A stretch of 64,000 bases of DNA from positions 106,898,205-106,962,204 of the forward strand of contig NC_068981.1 of the NCBI RefSeq assembly GCF_001194135.2, in the 5' to 3' direction. Below are positions 12,761 through 24,700 of the stretch, in pieces. Every line of letters starts with the position of its first letter. The first letter of the stretch is position 1. This stretch comes from Octopus bimaculoides. Taxonomy: Eukaryota. The notes beneath the pieces were generated by a model. That model was not told the origin of the DNA. It searched no databases and saw only the letters and a program-made list of their open reading frames with translations. The translations under genes were made by a program, and so were the position numbers.

Positions 12761-14169
12761 AACATATGTACCAATGTTTTTTGCTTTTTTGACTGACTTG
12801 TGCATAGCAATTTTTGTAAAGTAACGTTGATAAAGTATTATTCCATATGAAAGATATTATAATTACAAATCAATTAAATAAAAATAGCAGTTCGTAGCTT
12901 CAAGTCAAGACAAGCTTCTAAGTTAAATTTTCAATATATATTTTAAATACTTCTGATCTTTTATACTTTTGAAACAGGTTTCCAGTTTTTTTTACCTCAA
13001 TCAAATGGAATAAGGAATTATATAATTTATCTTACTTTTTATGTTCTTTTTCCTTTTTGCTTGAAGATTTTAATGAAGGCTTTAAATGTTAGCTAATTCA
13101 TTAATTTTACATTTACATGCTAATTAGTACATCAGAAACATCAAATAAAATAATGTAGTTTAACCTAATTAGGTTAAATATATTTCTGGCTTCATGAAGT
13201 CCTTTTTTTTAATTACATAATCACTATAATGAAATATATTATTCAAATTTAAATAGCATTCTTGCTATACAAAATTAAATTTACAGCATTTTAAAAAAAT
13301 TCTCACCTGACTTCATTAAAATTCTTATGATAATTGTCATGAATCCCCTTAAAAGATCCTTTCAGTTCTTTTGAAACTGCATTTCTTGACTTTTAGAATT
13401 ACATGCATGTAAGAAGCTGATTCTTTAGGTTTTGAAAAAAAAAAAAAAAATGAATTATGTGCATCTGCATGTGTAAAGGCTGCATATTTCAATCTAGTAT
13501 AATATAGCTAGTTGTCAGATGTTCACTGCTGAAAGAAGGACAATTCATTTCAAGAATATGTTAGGCAACAGTGTGTGTGTGTGTGTATTCCATTTTAAAA
13601 TTTGCTTGATAAAGACTAGAAAAAGAAAGCACTGAAGATTTATGGGTTTATGCATTTTTCTTTAATAAAATGTGATGTATTTATTTGTACATATGATTTT
13701 GAAAGATATTCTCACTAGGAAATTTATTGATAAATATAATAAAAATAAATAAAAAGTAAATAATTTTTTTCTTTGCAAATAGATTTATATCTACACTACA
13801 AAGCTGACGATGATGTTGATGGTGATAAAATGTAATATCGAAAATCCAAAACCTATTGACTGCTTTCTCCCATAATTTTCATATGGATATGCAATGATTC
13901 TCCTTTATTTTTCATTTTTAATGTATGTTTTATGTATGTTCAGTAATGATACACCTTTGGTATCTTTGATGGCATGATGGAATTGATTAATCTCATATTC
14001 CAGTGTATCGGGGTTAAACTAATTTACTCCTGGTCTTCTTTACTGACAGTTTCTTGATTCATGGAGATTGAGCTTGTCTCATCTATCCTGTCTAACTATT
14101 TATTGTAGAATGAAGAGATGTTTAATATATGAAATCATCATGTCATTTAGTATCTAAAAATTGTTACTT

Positions 14170-14520
14170 CCATGCATACATGTTCAGCATAACACTGCTA
14201 GCCCTACCATTGCAACAGTACAAAGATACAATGAACATTTTGAGTAATTGTGTACTATGAATTGAAGATATAAATGAATGACTCCTCTTTAATGCTGAAA
14301 ACTATTGTTTCTTTGTTTTTTATTAATTTTTTGTGAAAATTTTGCCACTGAAATGTTGGTCTCTTTTGACTGAGCATGTGGTTAAAGATTTGTGGGTTTG
14401 TGTTGATGTCAGTTTGAATTCTCTGATGGATTTTTTTTACCACCAACTCTGGAAGGATGAAAGGTATACATAAACTGAACAAATTTTGAGTGCGGAACAG
14501 TGTGATGCTATACAACAAGC
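14170..14520 (+). pseudogene. Highly decayed Tc1/mariner transposase C-terminal relic
   Basis: FQHNTA-like segment (cf. FQQDNA) at ~14182. LNSLMDFF...KDEKVY (cf. DLNPLDFFLWG.LK.KVY) at ~14415-14470. Then AIQQAY. Confidence 0.35.
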
Positions 14521-15207
14521 ATACAAAATGGTGAATTACATTGTGTAATATTTTTTTGTCTATGAAACTATGCAGATTCTCAAACTGAAGTTTACATTAT
14601 GAATTTTTGTTCTTACTCAAGTAGATGTGACATCTTTGTACAGAAATATGGAGTTTTAATTACTGTTTAAATATCTAATTTACCTTTGTAATTACTCAAA
14701 TATTCAGTCTGCTCTATTTCAACATGTTGATTATATAATATTAGAGAAACCCATCCATTAAATTTTGTTTGAACTTATCTTTATTAGCATATATAAGGTT
14801 GTTGCTTACTGCTTGATAGCATTAATCAGGTAATCATGGGAGAGTAACATGGCACTATTGTTTTTCTTAAATATTTATTCAAAACTTTAGTTCTCTAATT
14901 AATGCCAGAAATTGCACTGTTTAAATGTAATATTTATGTTAGATTAAGTAATAGTTATTTAATATGATTGCTTTTGCCTTTAAATAAATAATATTGCTAA
15001 TATATGTACATTATATTGCTTTGAATGTGTATTTGATTTCATAGAATATTTTTACAAAACAATCTTTATTCAGTTTTATTAAATTGTTCAGTTTTCAATA
15101 TCAGTTTATTTATTGACAAAAAAATTTCGTCATCCTTGCTATGTTTCCTCGTGATCATGTAATGGAAGCTTGTGTGAATTTTGTGAATCTATTTCAATCT
15201 TCTGATA

Positions 15208-15390
15208 GTTGTTGTTTAGTCCTGAATCAGCTTTCACTGAGTAAAGCTATGATCAAAAGTTTTCCACTCACGGCCATCCTCTCTTTTTCTCAAATAATAG
15301 ATATGTAGAGTTGCCTTATCCAAAGTATCTTCTCTCTTTTAGGACTCAGTGTGTAAGGGAAATAGGGTTAATAATTTTAGCTGGCTTGTT
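15208..15390 (-). mobile_element. SINE-like repeat S5
   Basis: GTTGTTGTTTAG...GCTATGATCAAAAG...GGCCATCC pattern. Confidence 0.5.
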
Positions 15391-16246
15391 CTTATGATTG
15401 TAATAGAATTATATGCTTGGTGTTCGGTACTGTTACACCTATCTGAATTGTATGTATATGAAACTCATATCATGTATAACTTAGCTGTATAGATAGAAAA
15501 TTAACTAAGGAACACTTGTTTGTAAGCATTGGCAGATATGGAATATATATATATATATCTCCTCTTTGTGATGTCTAATATTGCACTTCAGGAAAAAGAC
15601 AGAAATCAGCAGTAAGATGCTTCATATGATATTGCAGTAATTCTTTAAACATTTATGAACATAAAAGGATGACATATCTCTACTTTAAGTAGACACAGGT
15701 GATGTTCTATAAGATTTATTGGTTTGTGGTAAATGGAAGCTGATCATCTATTTATTGTATCCTTCCTGTGCGGGGTGTGGGGACCAGGCCATGTCAAATG
15801 TTATTCTTCCTTGTAGCAGTTATAACATATACTTTACCCAGCCGTTGCTGCAGCTCAAAATGTCAGAAAGCTGATAATGATAATTGATTGAAATCTTTGT
15901 GTTTAAGATATTAGATGCTAAATGCCTAATTATTGGCATAGGCCAATTAATACTCAGCAACAACAATAATTTCTACATAGTAACTGCAAGATCTAATTAT
16001 TGTTTATCTGGTAATAATATTCAATAAGTTGTCACATGTATACTTTGAAATAATAAGTGGCTCCCCCTACACTTGAACTCAATAGATTAAAAACTGTTCG
16101 AGAAGAATTTTTTTTATTAGTAGCACTTGAAATATTCAGCTGTGACCAAAAGTCAATATAAATTGATTATATCTTGTTTGTCTTCTAAAACAGAATATTA
16201 AGATTGAACAGCTGTTCTCCTGAAAATATTTGCACTTCTTCAATTC

Positions 16247-16410
16247 TAGTTGTGTAGCCCAAGGTCAACCATGATCAAATACACTCATGATCAAAGTCAT
16301 GTTTTCTTTTGTAAGGCATAGTGTATTTTAAGTTATATTACCTAATTTGTCTGAGAAAGATTTAGTTACAATTCCTAACAGTTTGAGTTACCATGTAAAG
16401 GTTCCCTCCT
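16247..16410 (-). mobile_element. SINE-like repeat S5 (degenerate)
   Basis: GTTGTGTAGCCCAAGGTCAACC...ATGATCAAAG...GATTTAGTTAC. Confidence 0.45.
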
Positions 16411-16789
16411 TAGTTTAGTTTTTCATTTCATAAAACGATTCAGCAACTAGACAAAATATATTTTCCCTCTTTCTTCCTGGACCCTATCTAACTCTTTTGT
16501 TTTTCCTCTCTGTTAAGTATAAATACTGATAAGTAATTCAATCAATTCTAAAATTGTCAACCATTGTCACTATGGTTAGTGGCAATGATTATATGCTTTA
16601 GAAATCATTTTTCTGAAATCCCATACCTGCATAAAAATCATGGGACATTCGTCTTGCTAAGCTGCACTTCTGCATTCCTCTCTCTCTCCCCTTCAGTGAA
16701 TTTAGTATTGTGAATGCTTGGCTGAGAAGCTTGCTTCACTACCACGTAGTTTCAGGTTCAGTCCCATTACATTATTTATTATCATGACC

Positions 16790-17176
16790 AGGTACCAACC
16801 CAGACTGCAACAACAACGTCCACTTGCCACATTTCTTGGTCAAACATCATTGCCTCGAGTTCTTTGATACATTCCAGGCCAGTGTTGTGATCAACTTGTT
16901 CATATAAGTGTGATGGTATTTTCCTCTTCTTACATCGCCATATGGATTCCAAAAGACTAATTTGGATGCTTCCATTCCAGGATGACTCATGCAGTAACCA
17001 AATAGTCACAGCCATCTTTGCCTGATCTTCTTGCTAACTTTCAACTTGTCATCTGTTGCTGCCATTTCACATTTAGGACCATTTGTAGCATCCTTGTGTA
17101 GCAGCTATCTAGCCCATTTGATAATTTCTTTGTCAGTGTCCATATTTTATGCCATATAATAGCACTGATTCGACAG
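16790..17176 (-). mobile_element. RTE-like LINE family B, 3' end of ORF2
   Basis: Minus translation, with frameshifts: FIATVESVLLYG..WTLTKKLSNGLDSCYTRMLQMVLNVKWQ...KIRQRWL..GYCM.HP...ASKLVFWNP. This is a typical RTE thumb/C-terminal region. Confidence 0.85.
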
Positions 17177-17214
17177 TTGCAATGAACAGCTTGATTTTGA
17201 TTTGCATTGGCAGT

Positions 17215-17420
17215 TTGGAGTTCCTGACCTTCTACTACAGCCTTGGGCTGATCAAAACCTTGTAAGCTGATTTGGTTGACAGAAATTGAAAGAAACCCTT
17301 TGTGTGTGTGTGCCCTTATTTTGACGTCACATTATAGTTGTAAATAGGCATCATCATCATCAAATAAGCGATGTTGTTCATGGCCATGGAAAAATATTAA
17401 AGGTAATGATGATGATGATT
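17215..17420 (+). mobile_element. Degenerate SINE S1 variant
   Basis: CTTCTACTACAGCCTTGGGCTGATCAAAACCTTGTAAG...GAAATTGAAAGAAACCC matches the S1 body. (GAT)n tail. Confidence 0.6.
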
Positions 17421-19062
17421 ATCACTGACACACCTATCACAAATATCTCTATCGTCAATACCTGTATTGCTTATCTTGCTTATCTCTCAATCACTTTCTT
17501 CCTACCCTATTCTTTTTTATTGCCCTCTCATCTTAGTTCCTCTGTTCTTACCATCACATTATTAGTTCCCTCTCTCAGTCATCCTGGATATTCTTCTGTC
17601 ACTGTTGTTCTCATATATTCAACTTCTAAGCAAGTAAAGATTCTGTAATCCTACGGGGTACAAAGTAACCCTACTTTTGGTGATGCCACCATAAAGTTGC
17701 TGCCAAGCAGCTTTATACTGACATCACCAAAAGTGATTGGGGTCAAAAAGACTCTTTGGTCTTGTCAAAGGCATGACAATCTCTCTAGTACTGAATGTAA
17801 TAATTTTTTTTTTAAGTGGAAGAAAAGATTAAAAAAAAAGCACTTAGTACATTCTATGAAGTGATTGGTATTTGATAGGGCATCCTGCAAAAGAAATCAT
17901 GCCAAAACTGAGAAGGAGTGCTTTAATTCTAATAAGAACTGATTCAGAGGCTATTGAACCATCCAGCCTATGCCTGCATGAAAAAAGAACATAATAGAAT
18001 AATGATGGATGATATTTCTGTAAGGCATCATCCTTTTGTTTTCCTCACCCACTACAAGAGAGTCTTATATTATATATTTTTCAATCTGTTCTGCAAACAA
18101 TCTATTTCAAAAAGCTTGTACACTTGTCTATAACATACAATGATTTCAAAATGTAACAGTGAGCTGTCTAGAAAATGTAACATTAAATATATAAACATAT
18201 TTTCTCCATCTACATTTCTCTCAAATAAGAAATTGATTTGCTAACTATATAGTTTATTATATAATTTATTCATTTTATGAGGATTACTGATGTTTTTATG
18301 TTTTTATGGCCAGTAAATTTAGTTTACAAGTTGTTGTAAATAGCTGGTCAAAAACATCTACTCTAACAACTGTGTTAAGCTATAGAATATATGTGTATGT
18401 TTATATATATATAAATCTGCTTGTAAACTTTGTAATTATATCTAGTTACAGTGTGTATTTTCAGTATGAACACACAAAGTATTGAGGGTCAAAATAATGA
18501 TGTGTACATTCATTACTGATATGTTCCTGCACACAATAACAAATACTGGCTGCAAGAGAACTTCTCTCAGAGAACAAATTCTCCCTATATACTTTGTGCT
18601 ATAAAGACATGCCAGCTTTAAGTGATATCTGTGGGCTATCAGACACAATCAGTTTCACTTTCTCAGTGTTAGATACTTCCTTTGTTATCCGAAATCTGAC
18701 AGGAACTTAGGTTCCTAAAGAGAAACAGCAAACATCTGCTAGTATTTGTTTGTTGCTTGCCAATCTGGAATTAATTTGGTATACTCACACAAAGTAACAA
18801 GGATCAAAATAATGATGTGTACATTTCTATTTTACATTTATTTTGTGTTGGCAATATCAAAGACATTATGACCCAACTGAACAACTGGTTCAGAGCAGTT
18901 AACAGTAGCCATCTCTTCAAGAGGTTTAAAGTGGATGTGTTTCCAATACAGTATGATATCCAAACAACAGTGACCTATACTCCATGACTCATAAGGAATT
19001 AAAGGAGAAATTGTGTTCCACTTAAAAATTCCATTGATGGTAAAAGACTTTAAAGCCACTGA

Positions 19063-20900
19063 CCCTTTAGTGTTCACACCAAAAATAATTTCCCTTTATT
19101 TGTTTGAACTGGCCAAATCCAGCCATACAGATATGACTGGATTTGGCACTACTTTATGTTGTCTCAGTGCTGAATGAAGAAGCTAGTGTTTTGACACTTA
19201 AAAATGACTACAGATATGATTATTTGAACAAACAAGAAAGTTCTAGCAAAAAAAAAAAAAATTTTAACAGTATTTTGTGGCATAGAAGCTCATAAATTTA
19301 TTCTGTATGAATGCTTCCTCTACAAAATCACTAAAAAAATAAACAAATCACATTATTGAATTCTTGTAGCTTTTAGATAGTGCAAGATAAAGCTTTTCAA
19401 GTAAAAATACCATGAAATTTTTAAGACTTCTTGGTTTTTTCAATGTTTGAAGAGAAGTGTATATCTTAGTCTTTAACAATATGGCAATTATAACTTTGAA
19501 GGTTTTACTCTTAATGATGTACAAAATATAAACAAAAACAAGAGTGATACGTCTTTGGACAAATCTGATATTGATATATATGAATTTTCGTCACACAAGG
19601 AAAATTTCGATAATGAAAGTGATGAAAATAATATTGAAAACAGTACGGCAGCATGGTTGAAGATTACTACATCAACCACAATTCCTGATTTCTCAGAAAA
19701 GACTAGTCCACAACACAAACTACCCCTCAATGCTCAACCATTGGACTATTTATTTTTACCAGAAAGTTTTTATGAGGAAACAAATAAATATGCTCAACAC
19801 ATAATTTCTATTCACGGAAGACCCAATCCACTATGGAAGCCAACTGATACTGCTGAAATGCAAGCTTTTTTTACTATAAACATTCTGTTTGGCATCAAGC
19901 AGCTTCCTCAACTGTGGAACTACTGGACTTCTGATATAAGGTATGGTGATCCATATATCTCCAGCATTATGTCAAACTATTGTATTTAGGAGTTGGCTGT
20001 AATTTACTTATTGAATTTGTTTACCGATACGGTTGTACATAGGGTAAATGTGTTTGAAAGTTGTGGTTTCTTTGTTTCCAAAACAACACTTATTTTAGTG
20101 CTGTTGACACTGCCAGATTGAATGGCACCACCTAGGTGTTGAAACCATAATGATATCTGTGGGGCAGCTGGATGATGGAGGTATGTTGGATTGTTAGTAT
20201 GGCTGTTTTTGTATATGTTGAATAGTATTATTGGATTGTTGGTATGGCTGTTTTTGTATATGTGGAATAGTATTATAACACATCCTTTTGATATATTTCT
20301 TTCATTTTATTACAAATAATATGTGAAAGTGAGAAATTCACATCAATTTTCAGTATGTTACACACCCGTATTCACCTTTGCCTCACCTGTTGATGAGCTT
20401 TTTTTTATTAGATACATAGAGTACATAGCCACTGGTTGTACTTTATTTTCTATGAAAATGTTTGAATGGAATATAAAAAAAGAATAAAATCTACTGCCAA
20501 TTATACCTGTATTTTAATTAATTCAAATTAATGTACCTCATCTTGAAAAGTGGCAAAATTGTTGGCAGTTGACATCTGGGATAATTTTAGTTACAAATCA
20601 AACAGGTAAGATGCATTAAGAATTTCAATTTTAGTGTTTATCCATAATGTTATTGTTTTTACAGCTGTTATTTAAATTTACCTGTCCATAAAAGTCAAAT
20701 TTAATCAGAAAGATAGTTAAAATTACATGACTATAAACCACTGGTATATAAGCACCCACTGACAAAATTTCAAATCTGTATGCTAAAAATTAACAAAGTT
20801 GCAAGCAAATATTGTGGACACCCCTCTTGAACCTGAATAATTCAAACTAACATGAAGAAATAAGCATTACATTTGACAGATTAATCTGAACACTAAAGGG
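19063..20900 (+). mobile_element. piggyBac transposon, internally deleted (copy 2)
   Basis: Same 14-bp TIRs at 19063-19076 and 20887-20900. Flanks CTGA and CTAA. 20290-20900 aligns to the reverse complement of 683-1330. Confidence 0.93.
19481..19989 (+). pseudogene. piggyBac transposase N-terminal fragment
   Basis: ATG at 19481 with an early frameshift. ORF 19555-19989 (EETNKYAQ...EMQAFFTINILFGIKQLPQLWNYW) is homologous to copy 1 and lacks all three catalytic Asp. Confidence 0.9.
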
Positions 20901-21059
20901 CTAAGGTTAGAGCTGTCAGTACATTGCTTCTATTTTGGGTTGAAAAAGTTAGACACATACATAAGATGATAAAAGGTGACAAGAAGTGAAAGCTCCAGGA
21001 AGCTGTGAAGGAAGCAGAGCATACTGGAATCACTAGGGGATTGTTGTGGTAGTCTGTCA

Positions 21060-21390
21060 TGGATGGTTAGGATTTGGTAATTGTAGCATCAGGAGTTTAA
21101 AGCAGTGCCAATGCTGGGAGAAAGACTAAGTTTATAGTGCCGAGGGGCTGAGAAGCAACAGAGGAATATCGCTGCATAACTGAAGAAAGGCAAATACCTA
21201 GACTTGGTTAATGAGGCTCTTTCCAAAGGGCGGCATGTAATCTCATTCACCAAGGAAATTGGATGTCATTGTTTCCCTGCAAGATCAATGTGCTATTTCT
21301 TACACAAGATTGATTTGGAACTCAAAGACCTGGAGGAAACCATGGCAACTGAGATCAGCTTGAGGTGGTTGTGGCTGACAAGAGACTATA
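21060..21390 (+). mobile_element. RLE-type non-LTR retrotransposon C-terminal fragment (HERO-like)
   Basis: DLVIV...KKGKYLDLVNEALSKGRHV...EIGCHCFP...LRWLWLTRD matches the PD..KY..L...GW...EVGCRGF...S.WLW pattern of restriction-like-endonuclease LINEs. Confidence 0.7.
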
Positions 21391-22179
21391 GATGCTTTCC
21401 TTGTGTAAGCAAAGGCCTATTCAGTTCTTGTTGCCCCACTCAGACAAAGCATATAGGCTAATAGGCAAAGTACTTGTAACACTGAAATGCCTACTAAAGA
21501 TGCCAAAAGGTTCCAGACATTGTGATATCTTCAGTCAATATCAGAAGGGCTTTCAACATCTTTGTATCTCCTGCTGTTTCACTTATGTGTCTAAATTTAA
21601 TCATGTCATGTTATAGTATATATCTGTGCCATATAATAACAATGTGAAGTAAAAACAAGTTTCTTCTCATAAATATTACAATTGTGTGAAATTAAAAATA
21701 TCCTGAAAACTATTAAGATATGGTTTCGTATTTTTATTATTTAATAGTAAACTTCCTCAACTGTCTCAACAATTGGCATAAGGTAGAAGATTGTAAATTA
21801 CTTTCCAAATAGTGTTCTTTGTTTTCTGTCCTCAAGATAGAATATATGTTGATGTACCTCTTTTAAAAGTAACAGCTACCAACACTGGCAGATTTCTACT
21901 ATATAATGCAGTATTTGATGTTGAAAGTATTTTTTCTGTGTTTGATTGTTGGAATGAAACAGCAAAGACAATGATCGTATTTAGATAAATAATATTTGTG
22001 TGTGTATGTGTGTGTCGTCTAATTTTGTATCAATCATAGTAGTTATCCAGAAATATGTCTTCCTTCAGTTGATAAGCTGCTCCTATCATAAACATCATCT
22101 TGCTGGAAATATATCAAAGGAATGAAGAACAATAGTGTTTCATGACTTCCTTTTCATCATAGACAGATTTTTCTCATAG

Positions 22180-22310
22180 CTCAAGAAGGGTGAAACAAAA
22201 GTATCGTAATATTTTGCTGAAAGTACAAACATTGTTACAAAGTATCATCAAAAGGATGTTCTCGAATCTCTTCTGATCGGACATTTTATTCTACAGCAGT
22301 GAAATATAGA
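22180..22310 (+). pseudogene. Decayed Tc1/mariner (maT-like) transposase relic
   Basis: KKGETKVS*YFAESTNIVTKYHQKDVLESLL..GHFILQQ* resembles G..IN..YY..VLE...F.FQQD. Confidence 0.4.
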
Positions 22311-22917
22311 AATTGATTTTTAGTTTCCAGGAGTTTTAGCAGTTCTATATCCTTCTCTCCACCTTATTTAGTAGTAGGATTTGATACATAGAACATATTA
22401 GAATAGATTTACTGAAGCATCATTTCAGTTAATAATGCTTTGACAACCTTGTTCATTATTAGTTACAAGTGATGACTGAGGGAAAGTAAATTCTTGTGTG
22501 GGCGGTTTTGCATACAAAGATAGTTATTCTTATATCATCTATACCAGATGGCAATCTTTAAACTATAGGGTTTCGAAATAATTTAAAGAATTTGACTTCA
22601 AATTTTGTTGCTAATGTGAATTTTGCTAAATGCCTATGAGCAGACACAAACTCATCAGATGGAAATGTATGACTGCTAATATATATATATATATACCCAC
22701 TTTTTTTCCATCAAGGGCTTATATGCCTCAATATTAGAGTCTTTTCTTTAGCCAATACACAGTGAACACATAAGCTTTAAGCTTGTAACTATTATTATTT
22801 ACAGAATTTTTTGCTAGTAACACTTTTCTTCATTTAACGCTGAATATGCACAGGTTTGTTTGTTTACACAACACTATAAAATTATAGTTCTTAAATCTAA
22901 CAGGGAAGAAGTGAGTG

Positions 22918-23085
22918 GGTAGTTTGGTGCAATCAGTTAGCACACTTATCCTAATATAAGAGCTGTGGATTCGTTTCCCACACATACTAATAACCACCTT
23001 TTTCTGTTGAGGGCTTATATGCTTCCATATTAGACTATTTTCTTTCGCGAATACATGGTGAATGCCTATAAGCTTTAAGCTTATA
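22918..23085 (+). mobile_element. tRNA-headed SINE-like element, with a second headless body copy at 22697-22784
   Basis: A-box-like TGGTGCAATCAG and B-box-like GGATTCGTTTCC at 22925-22979. The ~88-bp body is duplicated ~297 bp upstream. Confidence 0.55.
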
Positions 23086-24331
23086 TTGGGTCATCCCATA
23101 AATAATGAGGTTTTTTCAATTGCATGAACTAAAAGTCAGAGGTAGATGGGATAAACTATCTGCATCAACTTGCTATAAAAGCAGGTAGTAATTTTACCTT
23201 GTACTTATTCTTATTGCAAGTTTTGAAGAGTACAGTTCGATTTTAATAGTTATTTTTATAAAACTGTAATGGAAGTGAGTATATTTGGCATATTTTACTT
23301 TATGAGTTCAATAAAGGCAACAACACAAGTGTGAGGAATGCAGTATATGGGGATCAGACAATAAATGTAAGCCAGTGTCAATGGTGGTTCCAGAAATTCT
23401 GAGCTGGAAACTACGGCCTAGAAGACAAGCCTTGTCCTGGAAGATCTGTAGAGCTCGACAAGGACATCTTGCAAACCCTGATGGAACAAAATCCCATCAT
23501 AACTGTTGAGGAACTAGCAGAGAAGCGTGGATTTGGTTATTCAACCATTCATCAACACCTGCATGCTATGGGAAAAGTCAGCAAATTGGGTCAGTGGGCT
23601 CCTCACAAACTTTCCAAGTCTAATCGTGCTCCAGAGAGTGAATACGTGCTCTTCTTTTCTGTCACATCTCACGAATGAACCTTTTTTGAACTGAATAATG
23701 ACTGGTGATGAGAAATGGGTTCTCTATAAAAATACTGAAGACAGTGGGTAAGGAAAGGAGAAACACTAGCTAAAGAAGGTCTTCACCCACGTAAGGTGTT
23801 GTTATCTGTTTGGTTGGATATGGAAGGTTTAGTCCACTTTGAACTTTTAAAGCCAAACCATATGATAACAAAGATCTACTGTGAGCAGCTTGAGTAGCTT
23901 AAGTCAGTGCAAGAAGAAAAAATGACCATCTTTGATTTCAAGACAGTGTTCTTCCATCAGGATAATGCTCAATCAGATACTGTGAGGATGACATTCCAAA
24001 TACTGGAGCAGTTTGAATGGGAAACAATGCCCCACCATATTCATTGGACATTGCCCTATCTGATTATCATTTATTCCGCAGTCTTCAGAATTATTTGGAT
24101 GGAAAACATGAATTCTGTAGACAAGGTCAGAACAGTACAGAAGGAGTATTTTTCATCAAAGACAAGGGAATTTTGTAAGTGGGGCCTTGCAAGTCTACCA
24201 GATAGATGAAAATGCATTGTAGAAAATGAAGGAGAATATGTTTTAGATCAAAAAAGAACTTTGTTTATCTGAATTTTGAAGAATAAAAAAGGAGTATAAA
24301 AAAAAAACGCATTATTTATGGGATGACCCAA
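23086..24331 (+). mobile_element. Mariner transposon, full length (1246 bp), inactive
   Basis: ~30-bp TIRs TTGGGTCATCCCATAAATAATG(A/C)G...TTTT. TA duplications at 23084-85 and 24332-33. Confidence 0.96.
23269..24250 (+). pseudogene. Mariner transposase pseudogene (DD34D type)
   Basis: Motifs WAPHKL, TGDEKW, FHQDNA and YSLDIALSDYHLF (cf. YSPDLAPSDYHLF). Several stops and frameshifts. Confidence 0.95.
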
Positions 24332-24354
24332 TAATAATTATTTTTATTGCCATA

Positions 24355-24700
24355 TTGATGTGGCAATGTGCTGTACGTGATAGGACACATCAAGCTAAGT
24401 AAAATTGTTGTCTTCTACACAAACAGACTTGTCCTTTCAGGTACCAGGGCCACTTAAAAAACACCCATGGCACTTAAAAAGCGCCTGTGCCAGTGCTGCG
24501 TAGCACACTTGTAACAGTGACACGTAAAAAGCACGCAACACACTCTGTTAAGTGGTCAGTTTTAGAAAGGGAATCCAGCCATAGAAATCATGGCACAACA
24601 GACAGTTGGAGTCCATACAGTTCCCTGCTAGCCAACTCCATGTCAAACTGTCCAACCCATGCCAGTATGAAAAATGGACATTAAATGATGATGATGATGA
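24355..24700 (+). mobile_element. RTE-A LINE 3' end
   Basis: Ends CAACCCATGCCAGTATGAAAAATGGACATTAAA(TGA)n. Homologous to 54960-55292. Confidence 0.85.

Noticed and set aside
13159-13178. Perfect 20-bp palindrome TTTAACCTAATTAGGTTAAA
   Set aside because: Short and AT-rich with no supporting context, so plausibly chance.
14380-14470. KDLWVCVDVSLNSLMDFFY, superficially like MAP2K subdomain V
   Set aside because: There is no good splice acceptor, and the surrounding motifs fit a Tc1/mariner relic better.
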